NCBI RefSeq assembly: GCF_963921235.1
Contig: NC_086110.1
Coordinates: 9,610,001-9,674,000 of the forward strand
Origin: Mobula hypostoma
Taxonomy: Eukaryota
Length of the DNA stretch: 64,000 nt
Reading direction: 5' to 3'
Below are positions 14,301 to 26,454 of the stretch, in pieces (positions within the stretch are counted from its first letter, which is position 1; each line of letters opens with the position of its first letter). The notes under the pieces were generated by a model that saw only the letters and a program-made list of their open reading frames with translations, did no database searches and was not told the DNA's origin. The translations under genes and the position numbers were made by a program.

Positions 14301-14952
14301 ACCGCTTTGCTGAACATCTACGCTCTGTCCGCCAGAGAAAGCAGGATCTCCCAGTGGCCACACATTTTAATTCCACATCCCATTCCCATTCTGACATGTC
14401 TATCCACGGCCTCCTCTACTGCAAAGATGAAGCCACACTCAGGTTGGAGGAACAACACCTTATATTCCGTCTGGGTAGCCTCCAACCTGATGGCATGAAC
14501 ATTGACTTCTCTAACTTCCACTAGGCCTCACCTCCCCCTCGTACCCCATCTGTTACTCATTTTTATGCACACATTCTTTCTCTCACTCTCCTTTTTCTCC
14601 CTCTGTCCCTCTGAATATACCTCTTGCCCATCCTCTGGGTCACCCCCTCCCCCCCATCTTTCTTCCCGGACCTCCTGTCCCATGATCCTCTCGTATCCCC
14701 TTTTGCCTATCACCTGTCCAGTTCTCGGCTCTATCCCTCCCCCTCCTGTCTTCTCCTATCATTTTGCATCTCCCCCTCCCCCTCCAGCTTTCAAATCCCT
14801 TACTCACTCTTCCTTCAGTTAGTCCTGACGAAGGGTCTCGGCCTGAAACGTCGACTGCGCCTCTTCCTATAGATGCTGCTTGGCCTGCTGCGTTCACCAG
14901 CAACTTTGATGTGTGTTGTTTGAATTTCCAGCATCTGCAGAATTCCTGTTGT
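11347..14952 (+). mobile_element. Penelope-like retroelement (RT + GIY-YIG endonuclease) with terminal direct repeat (pseudo-LTR)
   Basis: RT motifs KPADKG, TMDVQSLYTSIP, GVAMGTRMGPSYA, RYIDD; C-x4-C-x2-C linker (CKRNKCYTC); GIY-YIG VIYC...LYIGET...RFAEH; about 90-bp direct repeat tcctatagatgctgcttggcc...gaattcctgttgtt at both ends. Confidence 0.95.
14822..14856 (+). ncRNA. Minimal hammerhead ribozyme motif in the Penelope pseudo-LTR
   Basis: Core CTGACGA (14825-14831), stem II aggg-tctcgg-cct, GAAAC (14845-14849), GTC cleavage triplet; hammerheads are an established feature of Penelope pLTRs. Confidence 0.75.
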
Positions 14953-15529
14953 TGGCATTTCCCCTGGTCAGCCTGTCCACATACTGTGACAGGAATGTGT
15001 CCTCGACCCACTTAACAAACTCTGCCCCATCTAAACCCTTGGAACTAATCAGGTGCCAATCAATATTGGGGAAGTTAAAGTCACCCATGATTACAACCCT
15101 GTTATTTTTGCACCTTTCCAAAATCTGCCTCCCAATCTGCTCCTCTGTATCTCTGCTGCTACCAGGGGCCCTATAGAATACCCCCAATAGAGTAACTGAT
15201 CCCTTGCTGTTCCTGACTTCCACCTATATTGACTCAAAAGAGGATCCTGCTACATTACCCACCCTTTCTATAGCTGTAAGAGTATCCATGACCTGTAATG
15301 CCACCCCTCCTTCCCTTTTTTCCGCCCTCTCTATCCCTTTTAAAGCACTGAAATCCAGGAATATTGAGAATCCATTCCTTATCCACTAATTTCATTTTTG
15401 TGTGTTTTTTTTATGCATTTGGTATCATTTATGTTTCTCTTACGAATCCTGCTGATAGCTACATGGGTGCGTTTTATTAAGAGCTTGACTTTGACTTATT
15501 CATGGTTTCCATGTGCCGACTACAGGGAG

Positions 15530-18500
15530 TAAGGAAGTAAGTTGAGACGCAGGACCGCAAAGGTCGTAATCTCGGGATTACTGCCTGTGCCATGTGACAG
15601 TGAGTATAGGAATAGAATCAGGTGGAGGATAAATGCGTGGCCGAAGGTTTGGAGCAGGGGGCAGGGATTCATATTTCTGGATCATTGGGACCTTTTTTAG
15701 GGTCGGTGTGACCTGTACAAAAAGGTTGCACTTGAATCGCAGGGGGACAAACATCCTGGCGGGGATGCTTGCTAAGGCTACTGGGGAGAGTTTAAACTAG
15801 AATTTTTGGGGGTGTGGGATCCGAACGGAATAGACTGGGGAGAGGACGTTTTCTCACAAATAGAGAAAGCTTGTAAACAGTGCGAGAGAGAGGATAGGCA
15901 GGTGATACAGAAGGGACGCGCTCAGACTGAACGATTGAGATGTGTCCATTTTAACGCAAGGAGTATTCTCAACAAAGCGGATGAGCTTATAGCGTGGATC
16001 AGTACTTGGAGCTATGATGTGGTGGCCATTACAGAGACCTGGATGGCTCAGGGATAGGAATGGTTAGTTTAAGTGCAGGGTTTTAGATGTTTCATAAAGG
16101 ACGGGTAAGGAGGCAAAAGAGGTGGGACGTGGCAGTGTTGATCAGAGACAGTGTCACCGCTGCAGAAAAGGTGGATGCCATGGAGGGATTGTCTGTGGAG
16201 TCTCTGTAGGTGCAGGTTAGGAACAGAATGGGGTCAATAACTTTGCTGGGTGTTCTTACAGGCCGCCCAATAGTAACAGGGATACAGAGGACCAGGTAGA
16301 GAACCAGGTCCTGGAAAGGTGTAATAATAGCAGAGCTGCCGTGATGGGAGATTTTAATTTCCCAAATATTGAATGGCATCTCCCTGGAGCAAGGGGTGTA
16401 GATGGGATGGAGACGGTTAGGCGTGTTCAAGAAGGTTTCTTGACACAGTATGTAGATAAACCCAAAAGAGGAGAGGCTGAACTTGATTTGGTATTGGGAA
16501 ATTAACCTGGTCAGGTGTCATGCTCTCAGTGGGAGAGTATCTTGGAGATAGTGATCATAATTCTATCTTATTTACAATAGCATTGGCGAGAGATAGGAAC
16601 AAACAAGTTAGAAAAGCATTTAATTAGTGTAAGGGGAATTATGAGGCTATCACGCAAGGAATTGGAAGCTTAAATTGGAAACAAGTGTTCACAGAGAACA
16701 GTACGGAAGAAATGTAGCCAATATTCAGGAGATATTTGTGTGGAGTTCTACATCGGTACGTTCTAATGAGACAGGGAAGTTATGGTAGGGTACAGGAATC
16801 GTGGTGTACAAAGGCTGTAGTAAATCCAGTCAAGAAGAAAAGAAAAGCTTACAAAAGGTTCAGTGAGCTAGGTAATGTTAGAGATGCAGAAGATTATAAG
16901 GCTAACAGGAAGGAGCTTAAGAAAGAAATTTGGAGTGCCAGAAGGGGCCATGCGAAAGCTCGGAGGGCAGGATTAAGGAAATCCCCAAGGCATTCTACAA
17001 GTATGTGAAGAGCAAGAGGATAAGTTGTGAAAGAATAGGATCTATCAAGTGTGACAGTGGGAAAGTGTGCATGGAACCGGAGGAAATAGCAGAGGTAATT
17101 AATGAATACTTTAATTCAGTATTCACTGTGGAAAAGGATGTCGGTGATTGTAGCGACTGCAAAGCTTGAGCATGTAGATATTAAGAAAGAGGATGTGCTG
17201 GAGCTTTTGGAAAGCATCAAGTTGGATAAGTCGCCAGGACCGGATGAGGTGTACCTCAGGCTACGGCGGGAGGCGAGGGAGAAGATTGCTTAGTCTCTGG
17301 TGATGATCTTTGCATCATCAATGGGGACGGGAGAGGTTCCGGAGGATTGGAGGGCTGCAGATTTTCTTCCTTTATTCAATAAAGGGAGTAGAGATAGCCC
17401 AGGAAATTATAGACCAGTGAGTCGTAACTCAATGGTTGAGAAGTTGATGGAGAAGATCCTGAGAGACAGGATCTATGAACTTTTGGAGAGGTATAATATG
17501 AGTAGGAATATTCAGCATGACTTTGTCAAGGGTAGGTCGTGCCTTAGGATCCTGATTGAATTTTTGAGGATGGGAATAAACACATTAATGAAGGAAGAAC
17601 AGTAGGTGTAGTGTATATGGATTTCAGCAAGGCATTTGATAAGGTACACCATGGAATGCTTATTGACAAAGTAAGAAGGAACGGAATCCAAAGGGACATT
17701 TATTTGTGGATCCAGAGTTTGCTTGCCCACAGAAGGCAAAGAGTGGTTGTAGACGGGTCATATTCTGCATGGAGGTCGGTTTCCAGTGGTGTGCTTCAGG
17801 GATAAGTTCTGGGACGATTACTCTTCCTGGTTTTTATGACCTAGATGAGGGAGTGGAGGGATGCGTTAGTAAGTTTGCTGATGCCACAAAGTTTGAAGGT
17901 GTTGTGGATAGTGTAGAGAGCTCTCAAACTTTCCAAAGGGACATTGATAGAATGCAAAACTGGGCTGAGAAGTTCATCAACTTCTCAAACCAGATTAGTG
18001 TGAAGTGGTTAATTTTGGTAGGTCAGATATGATGGCAGGATATAGTATTAATGGTTACACTCTTAGCAGTGTGGAGGATCACTGGGAACTTGGAGTTCGA
18101 GTCCATTGGACGCTCAAAGCAGCTGCGCAGGTTGATTCTCTGGATAAGAAGGTGTACGGTGTGTTGGCCTTCATTAAACGTGGAATTGAATTTAGGAGCC
18201 GAGAGGTAATGTTGCAGATATATAGGACCCTCGTCAGACCCCAGTTGGTGTACTGTGCTCAGTTCTGGTCGCCTCACTGCAGGAAGAATGTGGAAGCTAT
18301 AGAAAGGGTGCAGAGGAGATTTAGAAGGATGTTGCCTTGATTGGGAAGCATCCCTTATGAGAATAGGTTGAGTGAACTCGGGCTTTTCTCCTTGGAGCGG
18401 CGTAGGATGAGAGGTGACCTGATAGAGATGTATAAGATAATGAGAGGCATTGAACATGTAGATAGCTAGAGGCTTTTTCCAAGGGCTGAAATTGCTGCCA

Positions 18501-18790
18501 TGAGAGGACATAGGTTTAAGGTGCTGGGGAGCAGGCACAGAGGAGATGTCAGGGGTACGTTTTTTACTTAGAGAGTGATGACTGCACGAAAAGCGTTGCC
18601 GGCAACCGTGGTGGAAGTGGATACGATAGGGATTTTTAAGAGACTATTCAGTAGGTCCATGGAGCTTAGAAAAATAGGGGGCTATGGGTAAACCTAGTAA
18701 TTTCTAAATTAGAGACATGTTCGGCACAACTTTGTGGCTCGAAAGGTGTGTATTGTGCTGTAGGTTTTCTGTGTTTCTATGTTTCTATGT
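15530..18790 (+). mobile_element. Decayed CR1 LINE (ORF1 tail + ORF2 with many stops and frameshifts)
   Basis: [30 protein letters not shown] remnants; (tatgtttc)n tail at about 18770-18790. Confidence 0.9.
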
Positions 18791-18919
18791 CTCTGGAAGT
18801 CTTCCGCGACCAGTTGGCACGGCAGAGGATGGAGAGGATCCTGGATACGGATGCCAATATTTTAGTTTAATGTATACCCAATTGAGAACGATATTCTAAA
18901 TATGCAACTTGGTAACTAC

Positions 18920-19370
18920 ACCAGGATGCTGCCTGGTTTAGAGAGTATGCATTATGATCAGAGATTAAGGGCGCTAGAGCTTTATTCTTTGGAGAGAAGG
19001 AGGATGAGAGGAGACATGGCAGATATATACAAGATATTAAGAGGAATAGATAGAGTGGATAGCCAGAGCATCTTCCCCAGGGCACCACTACTCGGTCCAA
19101 GAGGACATGGCTTTAAGGTAAGGGGTGGAAAGTTCAAGGGGGATATTAGAGGAAGTTTTTTTTACTCAGAGAGTGGTTGGTGCGTGGAATGCACTGCCTG
19201 ATTCAGTGGTGGAGGCAGATACACTAGTGAAATTTAAGAGACTACTAGACAGGTATATGGAGGAATTTAAGTTGGGGGTTATATGGGAGGCAGGGTTTAA
19301 GGATCGTCACAACATTGTGGGCCGAAGGGCCTGTACTGTGCTGTACAATTCTACGTTCTATGTTCTATGC
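18920..19370 (+). mobile_element. CR1 3' fragment
   Basis: TRMLPGLESMHYDQRL...; 3'UTR gggccgaagggcct; (ctatgtt)n tail; closely similar to 34990-35455. Confidence 0.88.
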
Positions 19371-19479
19371 TCTATAATTTTTAAAGACAGACGTTAGCCG
19401 GCAGTCTGGCACAGATTCCAGCTTTGCTTCGGTATCTTACTGCCGTACTGCTGTCTAACCTAATTTTGTAATCTGATAT

Positions 19480-19600
19480 CAAAAGCAAGAGAAAATCTGA
19501 AGATGTTGGAAATCAAAGCAACACACACAAAATGTTGAAGGAAATCAGCAGGCCATGACCCGGTTAATGTTTCGGTTCAAGACCCTTCAGCAGGTCTCAC
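19480..19600 (-). mobile_element. Penelope pseudo-LTR remnant with degenerate hammerhead core
   Basis: Reverse complement reads cctgctgaagggtcttgaaccgaaac ... tgtgtgtgttgctttgatttccaacatc, similar to 14822-14940. Confidence 0.6.
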
Positions 19601-20349
19601 GTTTTATGGGTGATCAAATAGAGCGTAGAACTGTGATTAAAGTGATGAAAATAAATTACAAAAGTAAACATTGAATAAAATGTATTGGAAAGAAAATATT
19701 TAGGAACATAATTTCATAGCCGTATAACTGAATTGCTATTCAATGGAAATTCTGGAATTAATGTTCAAATCTATGAAATGGGGATTGAGGATCTGGAATA
19801 ATGAGAAATCTTGAACATGAACTTTGATGGGGACTTGTGAACTGATAGTTGGCGGTTGCAAAATGGCAAATTAACGTCTAATGAAATTTTGTATGAGTAA
19901 GAACAGTGAATGAAACCCTCTTTTATTGTTTCCGTTGAAACAGTGGGTAGCAGACAGAGCCTGAAATGCAGACACAGAAATCTTGAAAGGGCCACGCTGG
20001 TATTTTGGTAGAGAGGTCGAGCTAATCTGCTTTGAATATCAGAAAGGAGTCATAAAAAGAAACACACTGTAGCACCGTATTTGACATTATTTTACCTGCT
20101 GCCTTTGTAGAATGTAATTACTATTCCACTTTAAGGTAGTACCAAACAAGGATCTGCAACCATGTTTGATGAGTACCTTAATAAATTGTAGAATTACTTC
20201 AATAGTTAAATTTAATATCAGGGAAATATATGTAATATACATCCTGATATTCTTGTTCTTCGCAGACATGCATAAAACAGAAGAATGCCCCAAAGAATGA
20301 GTGTCATTTAAAACGTCGCAACACAAAGCCCCCAGCTCTTCCCTCCCAG

Positions 20350-20582
20350 CATTAAAGCCAGGACCAAAAGGCTCCGGGACAGCTTCTTCCACCAGGCCAT
20401 CCGACTGATTAAGTCACCCTGATACAACTGTATTTTTATGCCTCATTGACTGTCTTGTTGCACATATTATTTACACAATTACTGTAATTATACACATTCA
20501 GACGGAGACGTAATGTAAAGGTTTTTACTCCTCATGTATGTGAAGGATGTAAGAAATAAAGGCAATTCAGTTCAATTCAGTA
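20350..20582 (+). mobile_element. Rex/Babar-like LINE 3' end with (ttcaa)n-type tail
   Basis: RDSFFHQAIRL-type sequence and tail; same family in reverse at 49255-49745. Confidence 0.6.
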
Positions 20583-20727
20583 GAAAATCCCCCATTGGAC
20601 AATTCGACATGCACAGGATCTCTCTCCCTAATAAAGAGTAAAAGATATGTCTCCTTTCACAGCGAGAAGGAGACACAGCAAAGCAACTCGCAGATTTACG
20701 GTGTTAAAACTCTGGCTGTGGGAGTTG

Positions 20728-20730
<3 letters not shown>

Positions 20731-20768
<38 letters not shown>

Positions 20769-20872
20769 AGGAGGAGGAGAAGAAGGAGCAGGAAGGGTAG
20801 GAAGGGATGGGGTGGAAGAGGAGGAGGGGAAGGAGAAGAGAAGGGAGAAAGGAGGAATAGGGAGAGGGAGAT
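20731..20872. repeat. (GA)16 microsatellite followed by a polypurine tract
   Basis: Directly visible. Confidence 0.95.
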
Positions 20873-21080
20873 CGAGATTCGCCCAGTACAGAGCCTCTGA
20901 TAGCTGATCAGCTGTTCCCAATGTTCCGTTTTTTGACGTGACGCTACTGCCGGCGGCACCGGCTTAGAATCAGACGTCCACAGGCCCGCGAAACCTCGGA
21001 ACTCCAAAGGAGCGCTAGTTTTCTGGTCCGTATCCTTAGGATAAAGAAAAACGGCCGGTTGTGGGCCATGGGAAGCGGGT
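20873..21080. promoter_or_regulatory. CpG-rich patch with tandem CRE/ATF half-sites (candidate promoter or enhancer)
   Basis: Locally dense CpG in a CpG-poor background; TGACGTGACG at 20934-20943. Confidence 0.35.
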
Positions 21081-22363
21081 CCTACTGTTGAAAAGAACTA
21101 ATGTCTAAGTGTAACTCTAGGTCAGGGTCTTCAACCGAACCCCATCCACCCAGAGAAGGAAAAGGAGAGACATGAAAGACAGAACTTAAGTTGTTTTCGG
21201 ATATGAACTCGAGTCGCTATTGTGTGCCATAGTAAATCTTAACTCAATTAGCTAATTCAGCTATTTGAGAAACTTTGTCTTTAAGTGGCGAAGAGGCAAA
21301 AGAAAGTTCCATGGATATAAAAAGGGTTTCTGTCTGCCAACTGTGTTGCATAATAGTAACTGGACCGTTGTAACGGTACAGCAATATTCTTGACGGATTA
21401 TGGCCGAATTTTTGGAGTGAGAAGCTGTATTTCGCAGATGGAATTTGAAAATTCCTTCTGCATACCTCCTGCTTCCTCAACAATACCTACCTCTCCACCT
21501 GTATTTGTATCATATGCAGACTTTGCTTCGAAACCATCATCTACCGTCGATATCATTAACATATAATGTGAAAAGTAGCGGATTTAGCATCGATCCCTGC
21601 AGAAGGCCATGAATCGCCCGCAGCCTATATACTTACTTGTGTAAATATTCGTTTAATGACTCGCTCACACTATGATTCTAAGCCTAGTTTTCTCACTTCT
21701 TATTTCCACAATCGTATCCCCTTTCTAGTTAGGTTCTTGTTTACAATATACATTTTGATATGTGTATAAGACCTTAAAATCCATAAAATCCTGCTCGCCA
21801 AGGACATTTGCTGGTCCCTTTTGACTTCCCTAATCACTTGTTTCCATTGTATTTTGTGTTCTTTTTATTTTCTTCATAAAAGATCCAGATCTCTAGTAAT
21901 CCCACAAATAAATTTCACCCCATTTCATCCAAGTTGCTGCATTTAGCAAAGCACTTGTGGCAATTTATAATGAAAACCAAAGTGAAATAAACATTACAAA
22001 CAAGTATTCATCGCTTGAAACCCGGATTTAGGAAATAGTACACAAAATTTAAAAAAAAACTATTTTCTGTTTATTTTACCATTCAGGTTTTGTTGTAAGT
22101 TCATATGCGTCAATGCATTGAAGTGATCTTTGCTGTTCAACGCTAGAACGTTTTCGTCTGTTACAATGTAAATGCTAAATTTGAACTTAACGCATTGGTG
22201 TTTTGAACTGTGTGACAGGACCACATCCTGCACGTTAGCTCGGCTTCGTTAAATTGGTAAACAAACAAATTTAGCTGACTATCCACCTTAAATTCTACTA
22301 ACCATTTATATTTTATCTGTACTGACATTTCAGCTACTCAAACCATATGCATTGCTTTGTCTA

Positions 22364-22688
22364 TACGAGGGGTGATTTATAAGTTCATGGCCTAAGCTGG
22401 AAGGAGTCAGTTTTAGTAAACGTAGCACTTCTATTTTTCAACATAGTCCCCTTCTACATTTACACACTTAGTCCAGCAGTCGTGGAGCATACGGATCTTA
22501 GACCTCCAGAAAGTTTCAACAGCAGGGGTGATTGATAAGTCCATGGCCTAAGGTAGAAGAAGATGAGTTTTTCAACTCCCGGTACATACACATGCATTTC
22601 TATTCTTTGGGTGATTATGCAGAAAGTTTGAAGTTAATAACTCATCTCCTTCTACCCTAGGCCAGGAACTTATCAATCACATCTCGTA
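22364..22688. mobile_element. Mariner-type non-autonomous element (MITE)
   Basis: TA-flanked inverted ends cgaggggtgatttataagttcatggcctaag / ctaggccaggaacttatcaatcacatctcg; third TIR copy at about 22525-22570. Confidence 0.8.
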
Positions 22689-24256
22689 TAGTTCATCTTG
22701 CCATTACTAAAACATTACTGAAGTAAATAAAAAAACACAGCAGCAGATAAACAGTAAGGCAATATTCACGACCAGTTTTTTTTTCATTTTGAATTTTTCT
22801 TTGGTGATGAGGTCGGAAATTGGTGTTGGGTTTGGAGACTCAGCATTCAAGTCAAATCGAATTTTGGAAACTCAGAAGCTGACTGGTTTCTCCTCAAGAA
22901 ATTTGAAGCTCTTCGTAAACATAATGCATAACTGACTGTTGTGTGTATGCATTAAACGAGAAAAGGACAATATTAGTCAAGTTCTTACTCTTCTAAACAA
23001 GAGCATCATTAGTAAGTTTTCGAATACATGCATGAAAACGAGATATACTTGGCTTGGGGCGGGGTGGGGTGGTCAGCAGTTGATTCAAAGTACCAAAATG
23101 AGTCATGAAGCTTCCTGCAGCATTACAGGCTTCATGATTCTCCATACGCCGCGGGGAGATATGATACTTCGAAGTCATAATACAACTGGACTCTCCAATC
23201 ATTTGCCAGGTTAAAGTGTCAAGTAGAGTTATCCCACTCAGTGTTGGTATCACCGCAAGTTCTGAACGATGGTAAGAGAGTCAAACTCCACAGGTTAAAA
23301 ATGAGTAGGTATGAACAATTTGTATGATACTGTAAATAAACAGATTTTTTTTTAGGTGTTCAATTTGAAGATATTTGACTGCAGCGATACTAGTAATATG
23401 GCAGGACTGAAAGAGTAAATTAATGTCATTATTCGTACACACATAACCTTAAATATTCTAAAACTGTTTTAGTGACATTGTAAATAACCACATTTGCCGA
23501 GCACGTCCAATAGCTCGAAAAGAACGATACTCTTGCCGTACAAGGAGAGAAGTGAAAGTTCACTCAATTCACTGATATGCAGGATTGTCGAGTATGGAGA
23601 TAAGGGGAGATGGAGCAGGCTATGCCTGTCGTCTCTTGAGTTTGCAATAATGCGAATTGGTTTTATTCACATGAGCAGAATACAATGGAAACTTTTTAGA
23701 ACCTAGGGGAGTTAGCACGTGGAACTCGAATTGACAGTTCAAATATATGAAGCTAGCCATTCAGAACAGAAAAGAGAACAATATTGCTGTCATCTAGTGG
23801 ATAGTGAATCCATGATATTAATCGAGCAGAGCAATTGAGTATAGGAACTGCAGAGGACGACGCAATTTTACATCTAGAGTAATAAGGTGAGGTTTTCCTT
23901 AGTAGTGAAATAGAACTTCATTGATTGGCGGAGTAGACAAGAACAAAAATTACCGATTGCTCTTCCTGTCACGTATATTTCTGAGTTGACTTGTTATTGG
24001 CGTGTTCTAAGTACTTATCAAAAACGGACTGTCTGCAGCTATAATTCTGTGGCTAGCTTGACCTTACTTTAGAATAAACAACTTCAGTTTCTCCCATTTG
24101 TTTGTGTGTCTGCAGCCCAGCATATTCTGTATTCCACCGGTTCTTTCTTCCAGTCAATGTCAAGGTCGCATAAGACAACTCGTCATTTGAATTTTCTTGT
24201 ACTGTCTGTAAACATAACAAAAATAATGTTAGATAGTTGTTTACGCTCTGTGTATG

Positions 24257-24439
24257 TTACTGCTCGCCTTCCATGACAATCATTTCTTCAGCCGTTTCAA
24301 TCACTATCGCTTTCGCTGACTTATTACATAGCCTCACCTGACCAAATGCGATTTTTTCACGATCGCCTTTTCGTCCTGGTGTATTCTTAAATCTCCTGAA
24401 GTCTACGGCGGAGTAACAAGCTATCGGAGATTCCGTTTT
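24257..24439 (-). CDS. IgSF receptor copy 1: last coding exon, cytoplasmic tail with ITIM-like motifs
   Basis: Acceptor ctgtgcag; KTESPIACYSAVDFRRFKNTPGRKGDREKIAFGQVRL...EGEQ*; YxxV motif plus Y-to-F degenerate IAFGQV; candidate AATAAA at 23667-23662. A possible donor cag|gtgagg lies within the exon. Confidence 0.6.
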   Translation of the reverse strand, partial: KTESPIACYSAVDFRRFKNTPGRKGDREKIAFGQVRLCNKSAKAIVIETAEEMIVMEGEQ

Positions 24440-24774
24440 CTGCACAGTTTGGGACGAACAATTGTTATTTGGCTACTTAGCTTAATTTGTTCAGTATTAT
24501 TGTCAAATGTTAAATAGATTAACCTAAATTTGAGATATAGATTAATATACGTATTTATACACATAAAACTACGAATGTGAAGGCATTGTAGCCATTAAAT
24601 TAAACATGTGACTATTGGCCTTAAATGAAAGGTTTTAAAAGCCGGACAGCTTCAAATACATAAAAAAATAAAATTATTCTACTAAATTAAAAAAAAATGA
24701 CAACAGTTATCAAGGTACATTGACAAAATAAGAGATAACTTAGCTTACGCCATTTAAGTCCATTGGGTGAAATG

Positions 24775-26360
24775 TATTTCCAGAAAAGTTGAGATATTTT
24801 CCAAAATGCAATAAAAACAAAAATCTGTGATATGTTAATTCACGTGAACCTTTATATAACTGAAAAAAGTACAAAAAAAGATTTTCAATAGTTTTACTGA
24901 CCAATTTAATTGTATTTTGTAAACATACACAAATTTAGAATTTGATGGCTGCAACACACTCAACAAAAGCTGGGGGACAGAGGCATGTTTACCATTATGT
25001 TACATCACCTTTCCTTCTAATAACACTTTTTAATCGTTTTGGAACTGAGGATACTAATTATAGTAGATTTGCAATTGGAAATTTTGTCCATTCTTGCTTG
25101 ATATAAGACTTCAGCTGCTCAACTGTCCGTGATCTCCGTTGTCTGATTCTCCTCTTCATGATGCGCCATACATTTTCAATAGGAGATAGATCTGGACTGG
25201 CAGCAGGCCAGTCAAGCACACGCACTCTGTTTCTACAAAGCCACGCTGTTGTAGCCCGTGCAGAATGTGGTCTGGCATTGTCCTGCTGAAATAAGCATGG
25301 ACGTCCGGGAAGAGACGTCGCCTTGACGGCAACATAGGTCTCTCTAAAATCCTAATATACGCCTCAGAGTCAATGGTACCTTCACATACATGCATCTCAC
25401 CCATGCCATGGGCACTGATGCACCCCTATACCATCACAGATGGTGGCTTTTGCACCTTTCGCTCATAACAATCTGGATGGTCGTTTTCATCTTTGGCACG
25501 GATAACTCGAAGTCTGTTTTTTCCGAAAACTAGCTGAAATGTGGACTCATCTGACCATAGCACACGGTTCCACAGTCTTTCGATCCGTCTGAGATGAGCT
25601 CCGGCACAGAGAACTCACCGGCGTTTCTGCATAGAGTTGATGTATGGTTTCCTCCTTGCGTAACACAGTTTCAAGTTACATTTCTGAATGCAGAGACGGA
25701 CTGTGTGGAGTGACAATGGTTTTCCGAAGTACTCCCGAGCCCAGGTGCCTATAATTGTCACAGCAGCATGACGGTCTCTTAAGCAGTGCCGCGCGAGCGC
25801 TCGAAGATCACGCACATTCAACAGTGGTTTCCGACCTTGCCCTTTACGCACTGAGATGTCTCTGAATTCTCTGAATCTTTTCACAATATTATCTACTGTA
25901 GATGTTGAAAGACCTAAATTCTCTGCAATCTTGCAATGAGAAATGTTCCTTTTAAACTGACTAACAATTCTCTCACGAATTTTGGCACAAAGGTGTGAGC
26001 CACGACCCATCCTTGCTTGCAAAGACTGAGCCTTTGATGGACACTACTTTTATACCCAGTCATGATACCTCACCTGCTACCAATTGGCCTGCTTAATGTG
26101 GAGTCTTCCAAACTGGTGTTACTTGAATATTCCGTGAACTTTTCAATCGTATTTTAACTCTGTCCCAACTTTTGTTGAGTGTGTTGCAGCCATCAAATTC
26201 TAAATTTGTGTATGTTTACAAAATACAATTAAGTTGGTCAGTAAAACTATTGAAAATCTTTTCTTTGTTAAATAAAGGTTCACGTGAATTAACGTATCAC
26301 AGATTTTTGTTTTTATTGCAATTTGGAAAATATCCCGACTTTTCTGGAAATGGGGTTTTA
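24775..26360 (-). mobile_element. Second Tc1 copy of the same family, in an intron of the receptor gene
   Basis: Same TIRs and transposase N-terminus (MGRGSHLCAKIRERIVSQF) as 8598-10181, opposite orientation, frameshifted. Confidence 0.94.
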
Positions 26361-26454
26361 CATACAAATAAATTAGTGCCAAATACATGCCTTATCACTA
26401 GTTGAATCGTTTATTCTGACTGGCTAAATACGTAACTATACAAGCATAAACAGT

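Larger units (their letters stand above)
7575..15380 (-). mobile_element. Decayed CR1 LINE split into three pieces (7575-8595, 10182-11346, 14953-15380) by Tc1 and Penelope insertions
   Basis: Minus-strand EN at 14894-15223 continues as RGNAILDLVL at about 11340; RT motif AVDVI|YMDFSKAF is split at the TA around the Tc1; RT C-terminus and 3'UTR at 7575-8300. Confidence 0.9.

Noticed and set aside
11980-14872. Antisense and alternative-frame ORFs over the Penelope element
   Set aside because: Shadow ORFs of C-rich coding sequence and its low-complexity 3' region
20595-21007. ORFs with ERERER, SLSLSL or poly-E/G tracts
   Set aside because: Translations of the (GA)n and polypurine tract
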